Positions 36,645-45,492 of a DNA stretch of 47,637 bases are shown here, piece after piece. The notes beneath the pieces were generated by a model that had not been told where the DNA came from, made no database searches, and was given only the letters and a program-made list of their open reading frames with translations. Source of the DNA: an uncultured Spirochaetales bacterium (GTDB taxonomy: Bacteria > Spirochaetota > Spirochaetia > JABEVK01); assembly GCA_964624355.1 (NCBI GenBank), contig CAZUXL010000001.1, forward strand, positions 28,816 to 76,452, read 5' to 3'. Position 1 is the stretch's first letter; the number at the start of each line of letters is the position of its first letter. The position numbers were made by a program, and so were the translations under genes.

Positions 36645-37907
36645 ATGAAGAATATCCCTCAAGCCAAACCCCGTCATATCATTGTTTCCGCACCTCCCGC
36701 AAAGGCCTACACTTTGCGGGCTCTACTTTTAGGCGCTCTGGCGGAAGGAAAAACTAAACTTAGACATCCTTTGCTCGCAGAAGATCAAGTGAACATGATT
36801 GCTTGTTTGGAAGGCCTAGGGGTAAAAATAAAAACTACCCCCGACTTGGTCGAAATTGAGGGGTGTGGCGGCCGCTTCCTTCCCGTGAAAGAAGAACTTT
36901 TTGTCGGGGACTCCGGGGTGACGATGAATTTTCTAATTTCTGCTCTGAGTTTTGCCCACCGACCTGTGATTTTGGGCGGGACTCCTCGGTTGAACGAGCG
37001 TCCGGTGGGGGAGGTTGTGGAGGGTATTCGTCAGCTTGGCGCTCGTGTGGAGTATTTAGGTAAGGAAGGATTCCCTCCTTTAAAAGTACATCCTCTTGGT
37101 TTAAATGGGGGTCACACCTCCCTTCACGGCGCCGTGACCTCCCAATATTTCAGTAGTTTGGTGATTTCTAGTGCTCTAGCCCGGGGGTCTGTGACTCTGG
37201 AGTGTCTCGATACCATGACCGAGCGCCCTTATTTTGATATCTCCACTTCCATGATGAGTACCTTTGGTGTCTCATGTACCAATAAGGACTACACCCAAAT
37301 AGAAATTCCCGCACCTCAGAAATACCTGGCTCGGGATCTGGAAATTGAAGGGGACTTTTCCAGTGCCTCATTTCTTTTTTTAGTCGCAGCGGTTCTAAAA
37401 AGCTCTGTAACTGTGGTGGGTCTGAATCGAAACAGTGTTCAAGGGGACAAGCGATTTCTTGATCTTCTGGAACTCATGGGTTGTAGGGTATCCTGGGATA
37501 ATGACACTGTCACTGTCACAGGTGGCGAATTGAGAGGGATTGAAGCCGACATGGGTGATGTTCCAGATTTGGTCCCCCCCTTGGCTATAGCCGCTGCATT
37601 TGCCACAGGTGAGAGCCAGTTTACCCGCATTGGTCATCTGGTTCATAAAGAATCCAATCGGGTCGTGGCTATGGAAACAGAATTGGCCAAAATGGGATGT
37701 ATTTCCCACCATGACACCCAAACTTATACCATTGTGGGGAATCCTTCTGGCTTAAAGGGTGCCGTGATCCATCCTTATAATGATCATAGAATTGCCATGA
37801 GTTTTGCAGTGGCTGGATTGGCCACAGGGGGCCAGACCTTGGAGAATCCCGAGTGTGTGGCTAAAAGTTTCCCAGACTTTTGGGAAAAATTGGAACTATT
37901 TTACTAA
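36645..37907 (+). CDS. aroA: EPSP synthase
   Basis: RP, TSQYFSS, EGDFSSASF, QGD, HKESNR, DHRIAM and KSFPDF. Confidence 0.93.
   Translation: MKNIPQAKPRHIIVSAPPAKAYTLRALLLGALAEGKTKLRHPLLAEDQVNMIACLEGLGVKIKTTPDLVEIEGCGGRFLPVKEELFVGDSGVTMNFLISALSFAHRPVILGGTPRLNERPVGEVVEGIRQLGARVEYLGKEGFPPLKVHPLGLNGGHTSLHGAVTSQYFSSLVISSALARGSVTLECLDTMTERPYFDISTSMMSTFGVSCTNKDYTQIEIPAPQKYLARDLEIEGDFSSASFLFLVAAVLKSSVTVVGLNRNSVQGDKRFLDLLELMGCRVSWDNDTVTVTGGELRGIEADMGDVPDLVPPLAIAAAFATGESQFTRIGHLVHKESNRVVAMETELAKMGCISHHDTQTYTIVGNPSGLKGAVIHPYNDHRIAMSFAVAGLATGGQTLENPECVAKSFPDFWEKLELFY
37108..37120 (-). repeat. Exact GAGGTGTGACCCC inside aroA
   Basis: Plus strand reads GGGGTCACACCTC, encoding G-G-H-T-S. A one-mismatch copy lies at 37828-37840. 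Confidence 0.9.
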
Positions 37908-37968
37908 ACATGGAAAATTGCAGAAAGGTCGGGGTTTGGGGCGAAGTCCCAGGCGAAGGGGTAGTGGA

Positions 37969-38000
37969 ATAAAAAAGCCGGAGTTACCCGGCTTTTTTAT
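37969..38000. terminator. Bidirectional intrinsic terminator between aroA and aspS
   Basis: ATAAAAAAGCCGG-AGTTAC-CCGGCTTTTTTAT, a perfect 13-bp inverted repeat. Confidence 0.9.
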
Positions 38001-38108
38001 GAAGCGAGGGGGCTGGACGCCGACGAGGCGTACTAGCTGATGTCAGGGGCCATGCGTGGCCCCGGTTCCCAGAGGGAAGACAGAAATTCTCCCCCCCCCA
38101 TAAAAAAC

Positions 38109-39875
38109 TTAGACCTTAATTATCAAACCTAAATCCGCTACCTGTTTGGCATCCACTTCGCTGGGACTTTCGTCCATGGGGCTGGCCGCTTGGGTGTTTT
38201 TTGGGAAGGCGATGACTTCCCGGATGGTTTCCTGTCCGGTCATGATCATGACGAGGCGGTCCAGTCCTGGAGCGAAGCCTCCATGCGGGGGAGGTCCGTA
38301 CTTGAAGGACTCAAGGAGGAATCCGAACCGTTGTTTGGCCAGTTCCTCGGGGAAGCCCACAATATTGAATACTCTCTGCTGTAAGGCCGGGTCGTGGATT
38401 CGGATGGAGCCGGAGGCAAGCTCGAGTCCGTTGCATACCATATCATAGAGGTCTCCTTTCACTGAGCCGGGGTCGGATTCGAGGGTGGGAATGTATTGGG
38501 CTTGGGGCATGGAGAACATGTGATGGGCGGGTTCCCAGGCTTTTTCTTCTTCGTTGTATTCAAAGAGGGGGAAGTCCACGACCCAGAGGAAGTTGAAGGC
38601 CTTGGGGTCCGCCATTCCCAGTTCCCGACCGGCTTTTAGGCGGACGGCTCCCAGGGAGGTGACGGCGGTTTTGTACTTGTCGGCCACGAAGAATACCACG
38701 TCGGTGGGTTTGAGTCCGAGGGAAGTTATGAGGTGTGACCCCTGATCGGCAAAAAACTTGGCTATGCCGCCGTCGATCCCCGATTCGGTGACCTTGAGCC
38801 AGGCTAGGCCTTTGGCGCCATAGGTTTTTGCGGCTTCTTCCAGCTCGCCGATTTTTTTACGGCTGGCCCATTCGGCTTGTCCGGGGAGGACCCAGGCTTT
38901 CACCGTGCCTCCGGCGGCCACTACACCTTTGAAGGCGTCGAAGGAGGATTTTTCCACGAAGGGGGTGAAATCCTGCATGGGGAGGTCGAACCGGAGTTCT
39001 GGCTTGTCGGAGCCGTAGAGATCTAGGGCGGTGTCGTAGGCCATCCGGGGGAAGGGGATGGGGAGGTCGTAGTTCATGGATTGTTTGAAGATATGTTTCA
39101 TCATCCCTTCGGCCACGGCAAGGACATCGTCCCGGGTAACATAGGACATTTCCACGTCGATCTGGGTGAATTCGGGCTGGCGGTCACCTCTAGCGTCTTC
39201 GTCCCGGTAGCATCGGGCGATTTGATAGTACCGGTCCATTCCCCCCACCATAAGCAGCTGTTTGTAGAGCTGGGGTGACTGGGGAAGGGCGTAGAATTTA
39301 CCCTTGTTGATCCGGCTGGGGACCAAGAAGTCCCGGGCGCCTTCGGGGGTGGATTTGATGAGGGTCGGTGTTTCGATTTCCAGGAAGGACTGGGAATTCA
39401 AATACTCCCGGGCAGCGAAGGCGACTTTGTGGCGAAGGACCAGTCGGCTTTGCATTCCAGAATTGCGGAGGTCCAAGTACCGGTACTGGAGACGGAGGTT
39501 TTCGTTGGCTTTATTTTCATCTTCGATCTGGAAGGGTAGGGTGGGAGACGTGGAATAAATAAGGATATCCGTGGCCACCACTTCGATTTCACCGGTGGGC
39601 ATATCTTTGTTGATCATATCCGTGGGACGGGCTCGGACTTTGCCCTTGATGGCTACGCTAAACTCTGGCTTGAGGGATTCTGCTTTGGCTTTGAGTTCGG
39701 TGGGGACATTTTCATCAAAGACCACCTGGGTCATGCCGTACCGGTCCCGGAGGGTGAAAAATACGATGCCGCCGAAATTTCGGAGCCTGTGGACCCAGCC
39801 GTTAAGGATCACGTCCTGGCCAGCTTGAGGAGTGCGGAGATCTCCGCAGGTATGAGTTCTTTTTAGGGCTTGCAT
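38109..39875 (-). CDS. aspS: Aspartyl-tRNA synthetase
   Basis: RTHTCG, RLQYRYLDLR, STPEGARDFLVPSR, LPQSPQ, RDED, GSIRIH and PPHGG. Start moved to ATG 39875. Confidence 0.97.
   Translation of the reverse strand: MQALKRTHTCGDLRTPQAGQDVILNGWVHRLRNFGGIVFFTLRDRYGMTQVVFDENVPTELKAKAESLKPEFSVAIKGKVRARPTDMINKDMPTGEIEVVATDILIYSTSPTLPFQIEDENKANENLRLQYRYLDLRNSGMQSRLVLRHKVAFAAREYLNSQSFLEIETPTLIKSTPEGARDFLVPSRINKGKFYALPQSPQLYKQLLMVGGMDRYYQIARCYRDEDARGDRQPEFTQIDVEMSYVTRDDVLAVAEGMMKHIFKQSMNYDLPIPFPRMAYDTALDLYGSDKPELRFDLPMQDFTPFVEKSSFDAFKGVVAAGGTVKAWVLPGQAEWASRKKIGELEEAAKTYGAKGLAWLKVTESGIDGGIAKFFADQGSHLITSLGLKPTDVVFFVADKYKTAVTSLGAVRLKAGRELGMADPKAFNFLWVVDFPLFEYNEEEKAWEPAHHMFSMPQAQYIPTLESDPGSVKGDLYDMVCNGLELASGSIRIHDPALQQRVFNIVGFPEELAKQRFGFLLESFKYGPPPHGGFAPGLDRLVMIMTGQETIREVIAFPKNTQAASPMDESPSEVDAKQVADLGLIIKV
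38730..38742 (+). repeat. Exact GAGGTGTGACCCC inside aspS
   Basis: Encodes Q-G-S-H-L on the coding strand. Confidence 0.9.
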
Positions 39876-39929
39876 AATGGGATCTATGTTAAAGGAAAAT
39901 TGTGGGTTTAACAAGATCGGGGAAAATTG

Positions 39930-39942
39930 GAGGTGTGACCCC
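39930..39942 (+). repeat. Exact GAGGTGTGACCCC, intergenic upstream of aspS
   Basis: Read directly from the sequence. Confidence 0.9.
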
Positions 39943-39953
39943 GGTTTAAAAAA

Positions 39954-40487
39954 TCAGTCCTTGGAAGATCCTATTTTTTTTCGTCCGAACAACATCCAGA
40001 AAGAGATTTTAATGAAGGCAAACAACCCAGCCATTAAAAGGAGCAGTCGATCTATGGAACCAAAAAAGCCCACAAAGATTCGGGTTTTATCCACGGCTAA
40101 AGCCAGGGCGAAGCTCACAGCCAACAGAGCCATAAGAGCTGATAGGCGTCCGAATCCCGGAATATCATTAAAATTGAGTCTTCTTCGAATGAGAGAGAGG
40201 GTGAGAACCATGGAAACCAAAGGCAGTAGGTAGACGTAGAAATTCACATCCAGAAGGTTTTCCTTGGTAAAAAAAAGAGTATAAGCGACTAGAACGCTGG
40301 AAATAATCCCGGGGAGGCAACTGAGATATACAAGAAATCCATAAATATATTTCCAAGGGCACTGAGTGCTGGATTCACCTTTGTGAAGAATCCCCAAGAT
40401 AAGAACACCCAGGGGTAGTCCAAGAAAAACTGCCAAATATACCAGGGGCTGCTGCCCCGAATAGGTAATCAAATCTCTTATGCTCAA
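39954..40487 (-). CDS. Hypothetical multi-pass membrane protein
   Basis: About 5 hydrophobic helices; AGGAGGT RBS precedes TTG at 40487, so the start was shortened from 40559. Confidence 0.75.
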   Translation of the reverse strand: MSIRDLITYSGQQPLVYLAVFLGLPLGVLILGILHKGESSTQCPWKYIYGFLVYLSCLPGIISSVLVAYTLFFTKENLLDVNFYVYLLPLVSMVLTLSLIRRRLNFNDIPGFGRLSALMALLAVSFALALAVDKTRIFVGFFGSIDRLLLLMAGLFAFIKISFWMLFGRKKIGSSKD

Positions 40488-40501
40488 GGGTTCACCTCCT
40501 T

Positions 40502-41308
40502 TCAGGGCGTCAACAGATTTTGGTCCTCTAAACCCCGTTCCGCGAGAAATTGTGTCCAATGGCCGGACTTATAAAATTCTACCAAGAGAGTTCGGAAGGC
40601 TTCGGGGGTGAGGGGTGACCGGGGTGAGATGATTCCACAGAGGGTATATTCCTGGTCTTTTTCCTGGCTAAGAATGTAAGTTCGGGCTGTTACAGGGTTT
40701 TGGTTACTCCAATTCTTAAAAAAGGAGGTGGTTATGAGTGCCAACTCACCCCGTTTATAGGTGAGGGCCTCCAGGAGCTTATACTGATCCGAAACCAAGG
40801 AAATTTTAAAATTGTTTTTTAACCAGGTCTCATCGGCGTTAAAGCCAGCGATAGCGTAATGATAGCCCTTTACAGCGACCAATGATTTTAACCCAGGGTT
40901 CTTAAAAAAGTCCTGGGATTTTTCTCCCTCCTGGAGGGTGAGAAAACTTTCGCTATCCTTTAAAAGGGGCTGGGAAAAGAGAACTTGCTTATTCTCCCAT
41001 TCCCAATTTTTATCTTCAAAGAGAAGCAGATCCACGTACCCCTCTTCCAGTAGAATATATCTTCGTTTTGATGGAATTTCTTTGAGATCAAAATGATATT
41101 GTGATTGAAAATGATTCAATAAGACCACTAAGTCCGCAGAAATCCCCCTTGGGTTACCTTCCTCCATGGAAAAGTAGGGCAGAAAATCATACCCGCCCAC
41201 TTTGACTAAAACGGGTTGTTGGGCAAGGACTCCGATGGTCCCCAAACTCACCCAGAGGGCGAAAATAAAATATCTTCTGTTGTGGAAAAACATACATATA
41301 GTGTACAA
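40502..41308 (-). CDS. Periplasmic substrate-binding-like protein (family 3-like)
   Basis: Signal peptide, YDFLPY, GISADL, PSKR and GYHY. Confidence 0.7.
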   Translation of the reverse strand: MYTICMFFHNRRYFIFALWVSLGTIGVLAQQPVLVKVGGYDFLPYFSMEEGNPRGISADLVVLLNHFQSQYHFDLKEIPSKRRYILLEEGYVDLLLFEDKNWEWENKQVLFSQPLLKDSESFLTLQEGEKSQDFFKNPGLKSLVAVKGYHYAIAGFNADETWLKNNFKISLVSDQYKLLEALTYKRGELALITTSFFKNWSNQNPVTARTYILSQEKDQEYTLCGIISPRSPLTPEAFRTLLVEFYKSGHWTQFLAERGLEDQNLLTP

Positions 41309-41335
41309 GGTTTTTAAAAAAAGTGAAGCTGTTTT

Positions 41336-41659
41336 TTACTCCCCCAGGGGGAGTGCCCGTTCTATTTCATTTTTTAAATTTCCATAGGGATGTGCCCCGG
41401 AGAGACGCATGAGAACTCGTCCCTTATGAAATAGCATGATGGTGGGCACTGTTTTAATATCGTAGGCGAGGGCGAGGGACTGTTTTTTATCCGTATCTAT
41501 TTTTATGGTTAGTAGACGGTCTTTGTATTCCTGGGCAATTTGTTTTATGACAGGAGACAGTACTTTACAGGGACCGCACCATTCGGCATAAAAATCCACT
41601 AAAACAGGAAGCTTGCTTTCTTTTATGAGAGTATCGAATTGGGGGGGAAGTTGTGTCAT
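41336..41659 (-). CDS. trxA: Thioredoxin
   Basis: VLVDFYAEWCGPCK and cis-Pro loop VPT. Confidence 0.95.
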   Translation of the reverse strand: MTQLPPQFDTLIKESKLPVLVDFYAEWCGPCKVLSPVIKQIAQEYKDRLLTIKIDTDKKQSLALAYDIKTVPTIMLFHKGRVLMRLSGAHPYGNLKNEIERALPLGE

Positions 41660-41743
41660 CGTTTTTCCACCTGAAGGTTATTTAACATTACCTATAAGAT
41701 ACTTTAATTGTACCGCCCCGACTACAGTATCCAGGTGTGGGAG

Positions 41744-41774
41744 AATATTAATTAGAATAATTCTAATTAATATT
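41744..41774. promoter_or_regulatory. Perfect 15-1-15 palindrome, Per/Fur-box-like operator
   Basis: AATATTAATTAGAAT-A-ATTCTAATTAATATT between the divergent trxA and ferritin genes. Confidence 0.75.
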
Positions 41775-41850
41775 TACTTTACGGTCCATTTCTATTAGAA
41801 TTATAAAAGGATCATGGTTTGGTCCGATATAATGTGGCAAGGGGAGTATT

Positions 41851-42384
41851 ATGTTAAGTAAAAAGATGGCAGATGGTTTGCAAGCTCAGATCAATAAGGA
41901 AATGGCTTCAGCGTATATTTATTTGGGGATGTCAGCCCAATGTTCCGAATTGAATTGGCCAGGATTTTCTAAATGGTTCATGGTTCAGTACCACGAAGAG
42001 ATGTTTCATTCCATGAAAATCTATAATTATCTTCTGGAACAAGGGGTCAGACCTACTTTGGGGGCCATCCCAGCACCCAAATCTGAATATTCCGGTTTGA
42101 AGGATATGTTTGAGGCCACCTATGCCCACGAGCAGGGGGTGACCAAGTCTATTTGGAACCTCATGTCCCTGGCTAAAGAAGACAAGGATTATGCCACCGA
42201 GGGTTTTCTTGCTTGGTATGTGAAAGAACAAGTGGAAGAAGAGGCTAACGACCAAGAAATCCTGACCTGGTTGGGACGAATCGGGGAATCCGCCGGGGGG
42301 CTGTTTCAACTGGATCACAAATTGGGTAAACGGGGCGTCGGTGTTCCCACGGACTTTACGAATCTCCTGGGAGATGAGTCCTAA
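41851..42384 (+). CDS. ftnA: Non-heme ferritin
   Basis: QINKEMASAYIY, QYHEEMFH, HEQ and WYVKEQVEEE (ferroxidase ligands). Contains a one-mismatch motif copy at 42043-42055. Confidence 0.93.
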   Translation: MLSKKMADGLQAQINKEMASAYIYLGMSAQCSELNWPGFSKWFMVQYHEEMFHSMKIYNYLLEQGVRPTLGAIPAPKSEYSGLKDMFEATYAHEQGVTKSIWNLMSLAKEDKDYATEGFLAWYVKEQVEEEANDQEILTWLGRIGESAGGLFQLDHKLGKRGVGVPTDFTNLLGDES

Positions 42385-42447
42385 ACTCCTGGAATTACCC
42401 CGATGGGAATTCTTCTCCCTGAATTTACGAGAGGAAAGGAGGCTGAA

Positions 42448-42792
42448 ATGTGGGACACGACCACCCTTTGGTTTGATGTTTTTATATTTACCGGATTCAT
42501 GCTTTTGGGACATATTCTCTTCGGTCATTTTGAAGAAAGAACCCCCAGGTGGAGAAAACTGGTTAAGGCCTTGGGGATCATAGTGATTTTTACAAGTCTA
42601 TCGGCTTTATGGGGAAGATGGATTTCCTTTTCTATCCTGGGAATTTCGTTGATTCCAGTGGCTATAATACACGGGGTCCTCCTTCCACGGAAAGGGATCA
42701 ACGGCTGGACCGGGGAACCAAAGGCCCTATACTACGAATTTAGGGGTTGGGATAAGGATATTTTCAAAACTAAAGAGGATGCTCGTGCCTGA
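42448..42792 (+). CDS. Small hypothetical membrane protein (paralog 1)
   Basis: AGGAGG RBS precedes ATG 42448; about 3 TM helices; motifs HFEE and GINGWTGEP. Confidence 0.75.
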   Translation: MWDTTTLWFDVFIFTGFMLLGHILFGHFEERTPRWRKLVKALGIIVIFTSLSALWGRWISFSILGISLIPVAIIHGVLLPRKGINGWTGEPKALYYEFRGWDKDIFKTKEDARA

Positions 42793-43126
42793 CAAAGCGG
42801 TATTTCTACCAGGGTTAGATGCTGTGGGCTTCTGGGAAATAGGGACTGTGTTCTTTTTGGCCGTCAGCGGATATGTGCTCTTCAACAACTTTGAAAAGCA
42901 TCTATCCCTGGGTTACCGCATCATGAAATTGATGATCTTGGTGGGACTTTTGACGTCCTTGGGAATTCTTCTTGGAAGGTGGGTTTTTTGGGGTGCTATC
43001 CTTCTCATGACCCTGGGTCAACTAATACTCCATCTTTGGTACTTTCCCAAAAATGGAATTAATGGACTTACAGCAGAACCTCGGAAGGAATACCTGGCTT
43101 TGATTGAAAAAATGAAGGGTAAGTAA
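42779..43126 (+). CDS. Small hypothetical membrane protein (paralog 2)
   Basis: Overlaps the previous gene; motifs NFEK and GINGLTAEP. Confidence 0.75.
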   Translation: MLVPDKAVFLPGLDAVGFWEIGTVFFLAVSGYVLFNNFEKHLSLGYRIMKLMILVGLLTSLGILLGRWVFWGAILLMTLGQLILHLWYFPKNGINGLTAEPRKEYLALIEKMKGK

Positions 43127-43178
43127 AGGATTTCATTCATCCCTTGATTATTTTTCCCATAAAAATGATAGTTCCCGG

Positions 43179-43889
43179 GTGAATGAACTTAAAACACTTT
43201 TTGAAGACGGCTATTTTTTAGTTATGGACAAGCCCATAGGCCTGCCTGTCCAGGGGAATAAACCCGGAGAAGACTCTCTAGTGGAGAGACTCGGGGGAAT
43301 GGAGAAATGGAATGGGATCCTCCATCGCCTGGATACTCCCGTTTCTGGTTTGGTGCTCTGGGCTAAGTCCCCGGTGGCCTTGGAGCGGGGAATGGAACTC
43401 TTTCGTCACAGAAAGGTGGAAAAAACCTACTGGGCTGTGACAGAAAAACCTTTGCCGGGTGAATCCGGACGATTGATCCATTTTCTCAAACATATTCAAG
43501 CGGGAAACAAGACCCTGATCTCGAAAGAAGAGAAGAAAGAATACCAAAGGGCTGCTTTGGACTACACTCTTCTAAAAAAATCAGACCGGTATTTTCTCTA
43601 CGAGGTTCACCTGCTCACGGGGCGCACTCACCAGATCCGAGCCCAGTTGTCCGCAGCGGGAGCTTGTATCAAGGGGGATGTGAAATATGGGGCCCGACGA
43701 TCCAACACGGGTGGGGGAATTCATCTTTTATCCCGGAAGATGGAGTTCACCCACCCCTTTACCAAAGCTAAAATGGCCTTTATAGCCGAACCTCCAGCGG
43801 GCGATAGTTTGTGGGAATATTTTAATAAACTTGACGGGACAAAAAATCGAGGCGATTATGAAATGTCCCAAGAAAAGTCTGTGCCGTAA
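43179..43889 (+). CDS. RluA-family RNA pseudouridine synthase
   Basis: DKPIGLPVQ, HRLD, KTYWA, TGRTHQIRAQL and GDVKYG. Confidence 0.92.
   Translation: MNELKTLFEDGYFLVMDKPIGLPVQGNKPGEDSLVERLGGMEKWNGILHRLDTPVSGLVLWAKSPVALERGMELFRHRKVEKTYWAVTEKPLPGESGRLIHFLKHIQAGNKTLISKEEKKEYQRAALDYTLLKKSDRYFLYEVHLLTGRTHQIRAQLSAAGACIKGDVKYGARRSNTGGGIHLLSRKMEFTHPFTKAKMAFIAEPPAGDSLWEYFNKLDGTKNRGDYEMSQEKSVP
43785..43821 (+). repeat. Left copy of a degenerate direct repeat (rluA 3' end)
   Basis: GCCGAACCTCCAGCGGG is identical to 45430-45446, and similarity continues for about 20 bp. Confidence 0.8.
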
Positions 43890-43929
43890 TGGAAGGATTT
43901 TTTTGGGTGTTTAAAAATTGGGAAACAAT

Positions 43930-45345
43930 ATGAATAAAACAACGAAGATAATAGGACTATTTATTTAAGTAAGCGTTTTGACCTTCTCCTGCGGTTCCCC
44001 CATGGAACCTGGAGTGAATTCGAAGCCAACCTCTATACAGATTCGCATAGATGGATTGACCCAGAACGGTAGGGGTCTGTTTAATGATGTAAATGTATCT
44101 CAAATAAAAATTCGGGTTTCCAATACCTCCCGGGTAGTAGCAGGCGAGGGTTCCTTAACCAAAGGAACTTCCCACTGGAGTGGTAACCTTGTTCTTTCCT
44201 CTGTGGGTAGTTTAAGATTTTCCATGGTGGCATTGGATGTTAATGGTAATGTGCTTTATGCGGGAACTGCATCCACTACGGTCGTTGATGGGGCTATTGT
44301 TACAATACCGGCGGCTCCTGCCTCCCAGAGTATTACGGCGGCATCCATTATCAATCCCCTTACCATAAGAAATATAGGGGCTGGTGGTTCTATTCCCATT
44401 ACTTCCAGTTTCTTGGCCACGGGCATTACTGAGGTTTTCCTGGTGGACTCCACCTATGCCGGTGTGGATGTCGGACTGAGCACCGTGAATGAAAATCCAG
44501 CCCTTTGGGAGGAAACCTTATGGACGCCATTGTCCTTCAAGACTCCTGTTTTGGATAATTCCGAGCATGAATTTTCAGGAAATATCGGATCAGATAAAGC
44601 TATTGGAACCTACTATTATGCCACAAGAGTTAAGCTGAAAGGAGGCGCCTATGTTTATGGAGCCAATGGGGGAATCTGGAACGGCACTTCAAATAACAAT
44701 GGTGTTTTTAACGTCGTTAATGTTCCCACGTCTTTAGCCATTATAGGTGATGCTGTGGGAGGCTGGGCCAATGATAAATTTACCCTAGCTAAAGATTCAG
44801 ACTCCAGCTTTACGGCGATTACTTATTTTTCTGTGGGTGAATTTAAGCTGCGAACCCCCGGCACCTGGGGCGGCGATATTTGCGGTAAAATTGGACTTAT
44901 AGGTAACACCCCCATGGCAGGTGGGATTACAGCTTTTCCAGCGTTCAATTTGTATCAATCTAGTAGTCCTGATAACATACCCATCACCACTGCTGGAACG
45001 TATATCCTGCGAATTGATTTCCTTAAAGGTTTGATTTTTGTCATTCCGGTGACTTCCTTTGGTCTCATCGGCTCCGGTATACCTTCAGGTTGGGCTGCAC
45101 AGACCAATATGACATCCGATACTTTAACCGATACCTTTACTTTTACAGGTCCCCTAAGTTTGGGTGAGTTTTTATTTCGAGCCAGTGATGATTGGGACCT
45201 TGCATGGGGTAGTAATCACTTAATTGCTCAAGCCGCAGCCGGAATTGCCGGATTCTCAAATAATAAAGACAATATAGCAATCGGTATCGCGGGAACGGGA
45301 ACTATTACTTTTAACGGACGAACAATGACCTTTACCCATCCTTAG
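43930..45345 (+). pseudogene. SusE/SusF-like carbohydrate-binding lipoprotein with an in-frame stop in the signal peptide
   Basis: ATG 43930 reads MNKTTKIIGLFI*VSVLTFS-C (TAA at 43966-43968), in frame with the 455-aa ORF. Two C-terminal repeats carry IIGDAVGGW/LIGSGIPSGW and FKLR..W/FLFR..WD..WG. Confidence 0.65.
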
Positions 45346-45378
45346 AATAATAAAAGAAACCCAGCCGTTCTTATGAAT

Positions 45379-45417
45379 GGAGGCATCCATCATCTTTCCG
45401 AGCAGATGGATGCCTCC
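45379..45417. terminator. 13-bp perfect inverted repeat (terminator-like hairpin)
   Basis: GGAGGCATCCATC, 13-nt loop, GATGGATGCCTCC, between convergent genes; no strong T tail. Confidence 0.55.
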
Positions 45418-45429
45418 TATCCCTTCACT

Positions 45430-45468
45430 GCCGAACCTCCAGCGGGAAGTAGCTTGTGGTAAATATTC
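45430..45468 (+). repeat. Right copy of the degenerate direct repeat (rluA 3' remnant)
   Basis: Translates FTAEPPAGSSLW*, versus FIAEPPAGDSLWE in RluA. Confidence 0.8.
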
Positions 45469-45492
45469 AGTTTCTTGAAAACACCTAGAGTT

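Noticed and set aside
20711-39875. lysS/rpiA look AT-rich (T-ending codons) while aspS looks GC-rich (C-ending codons), suggesting transfer or local mutagenesis
   Set aside because: Both patterns amount to G+T enrichment on the plus strand, consistent with the strand-dependent codon bias known in spirochaetes. I could not quantify it.
12137-39942. 13-bp motif as a Chi/KOPS-like polar site
   Set aside because: Relaxed copies occur 8 on plus and 5 on minus, including inverted pairs, so there is no strong polarity in this window.
41932-42528. 198-aa antisense ORF and the many other short overlapping ORFs in the track
   Set aside because: They are shadows of well-supported genes, with no motifs or RBS.
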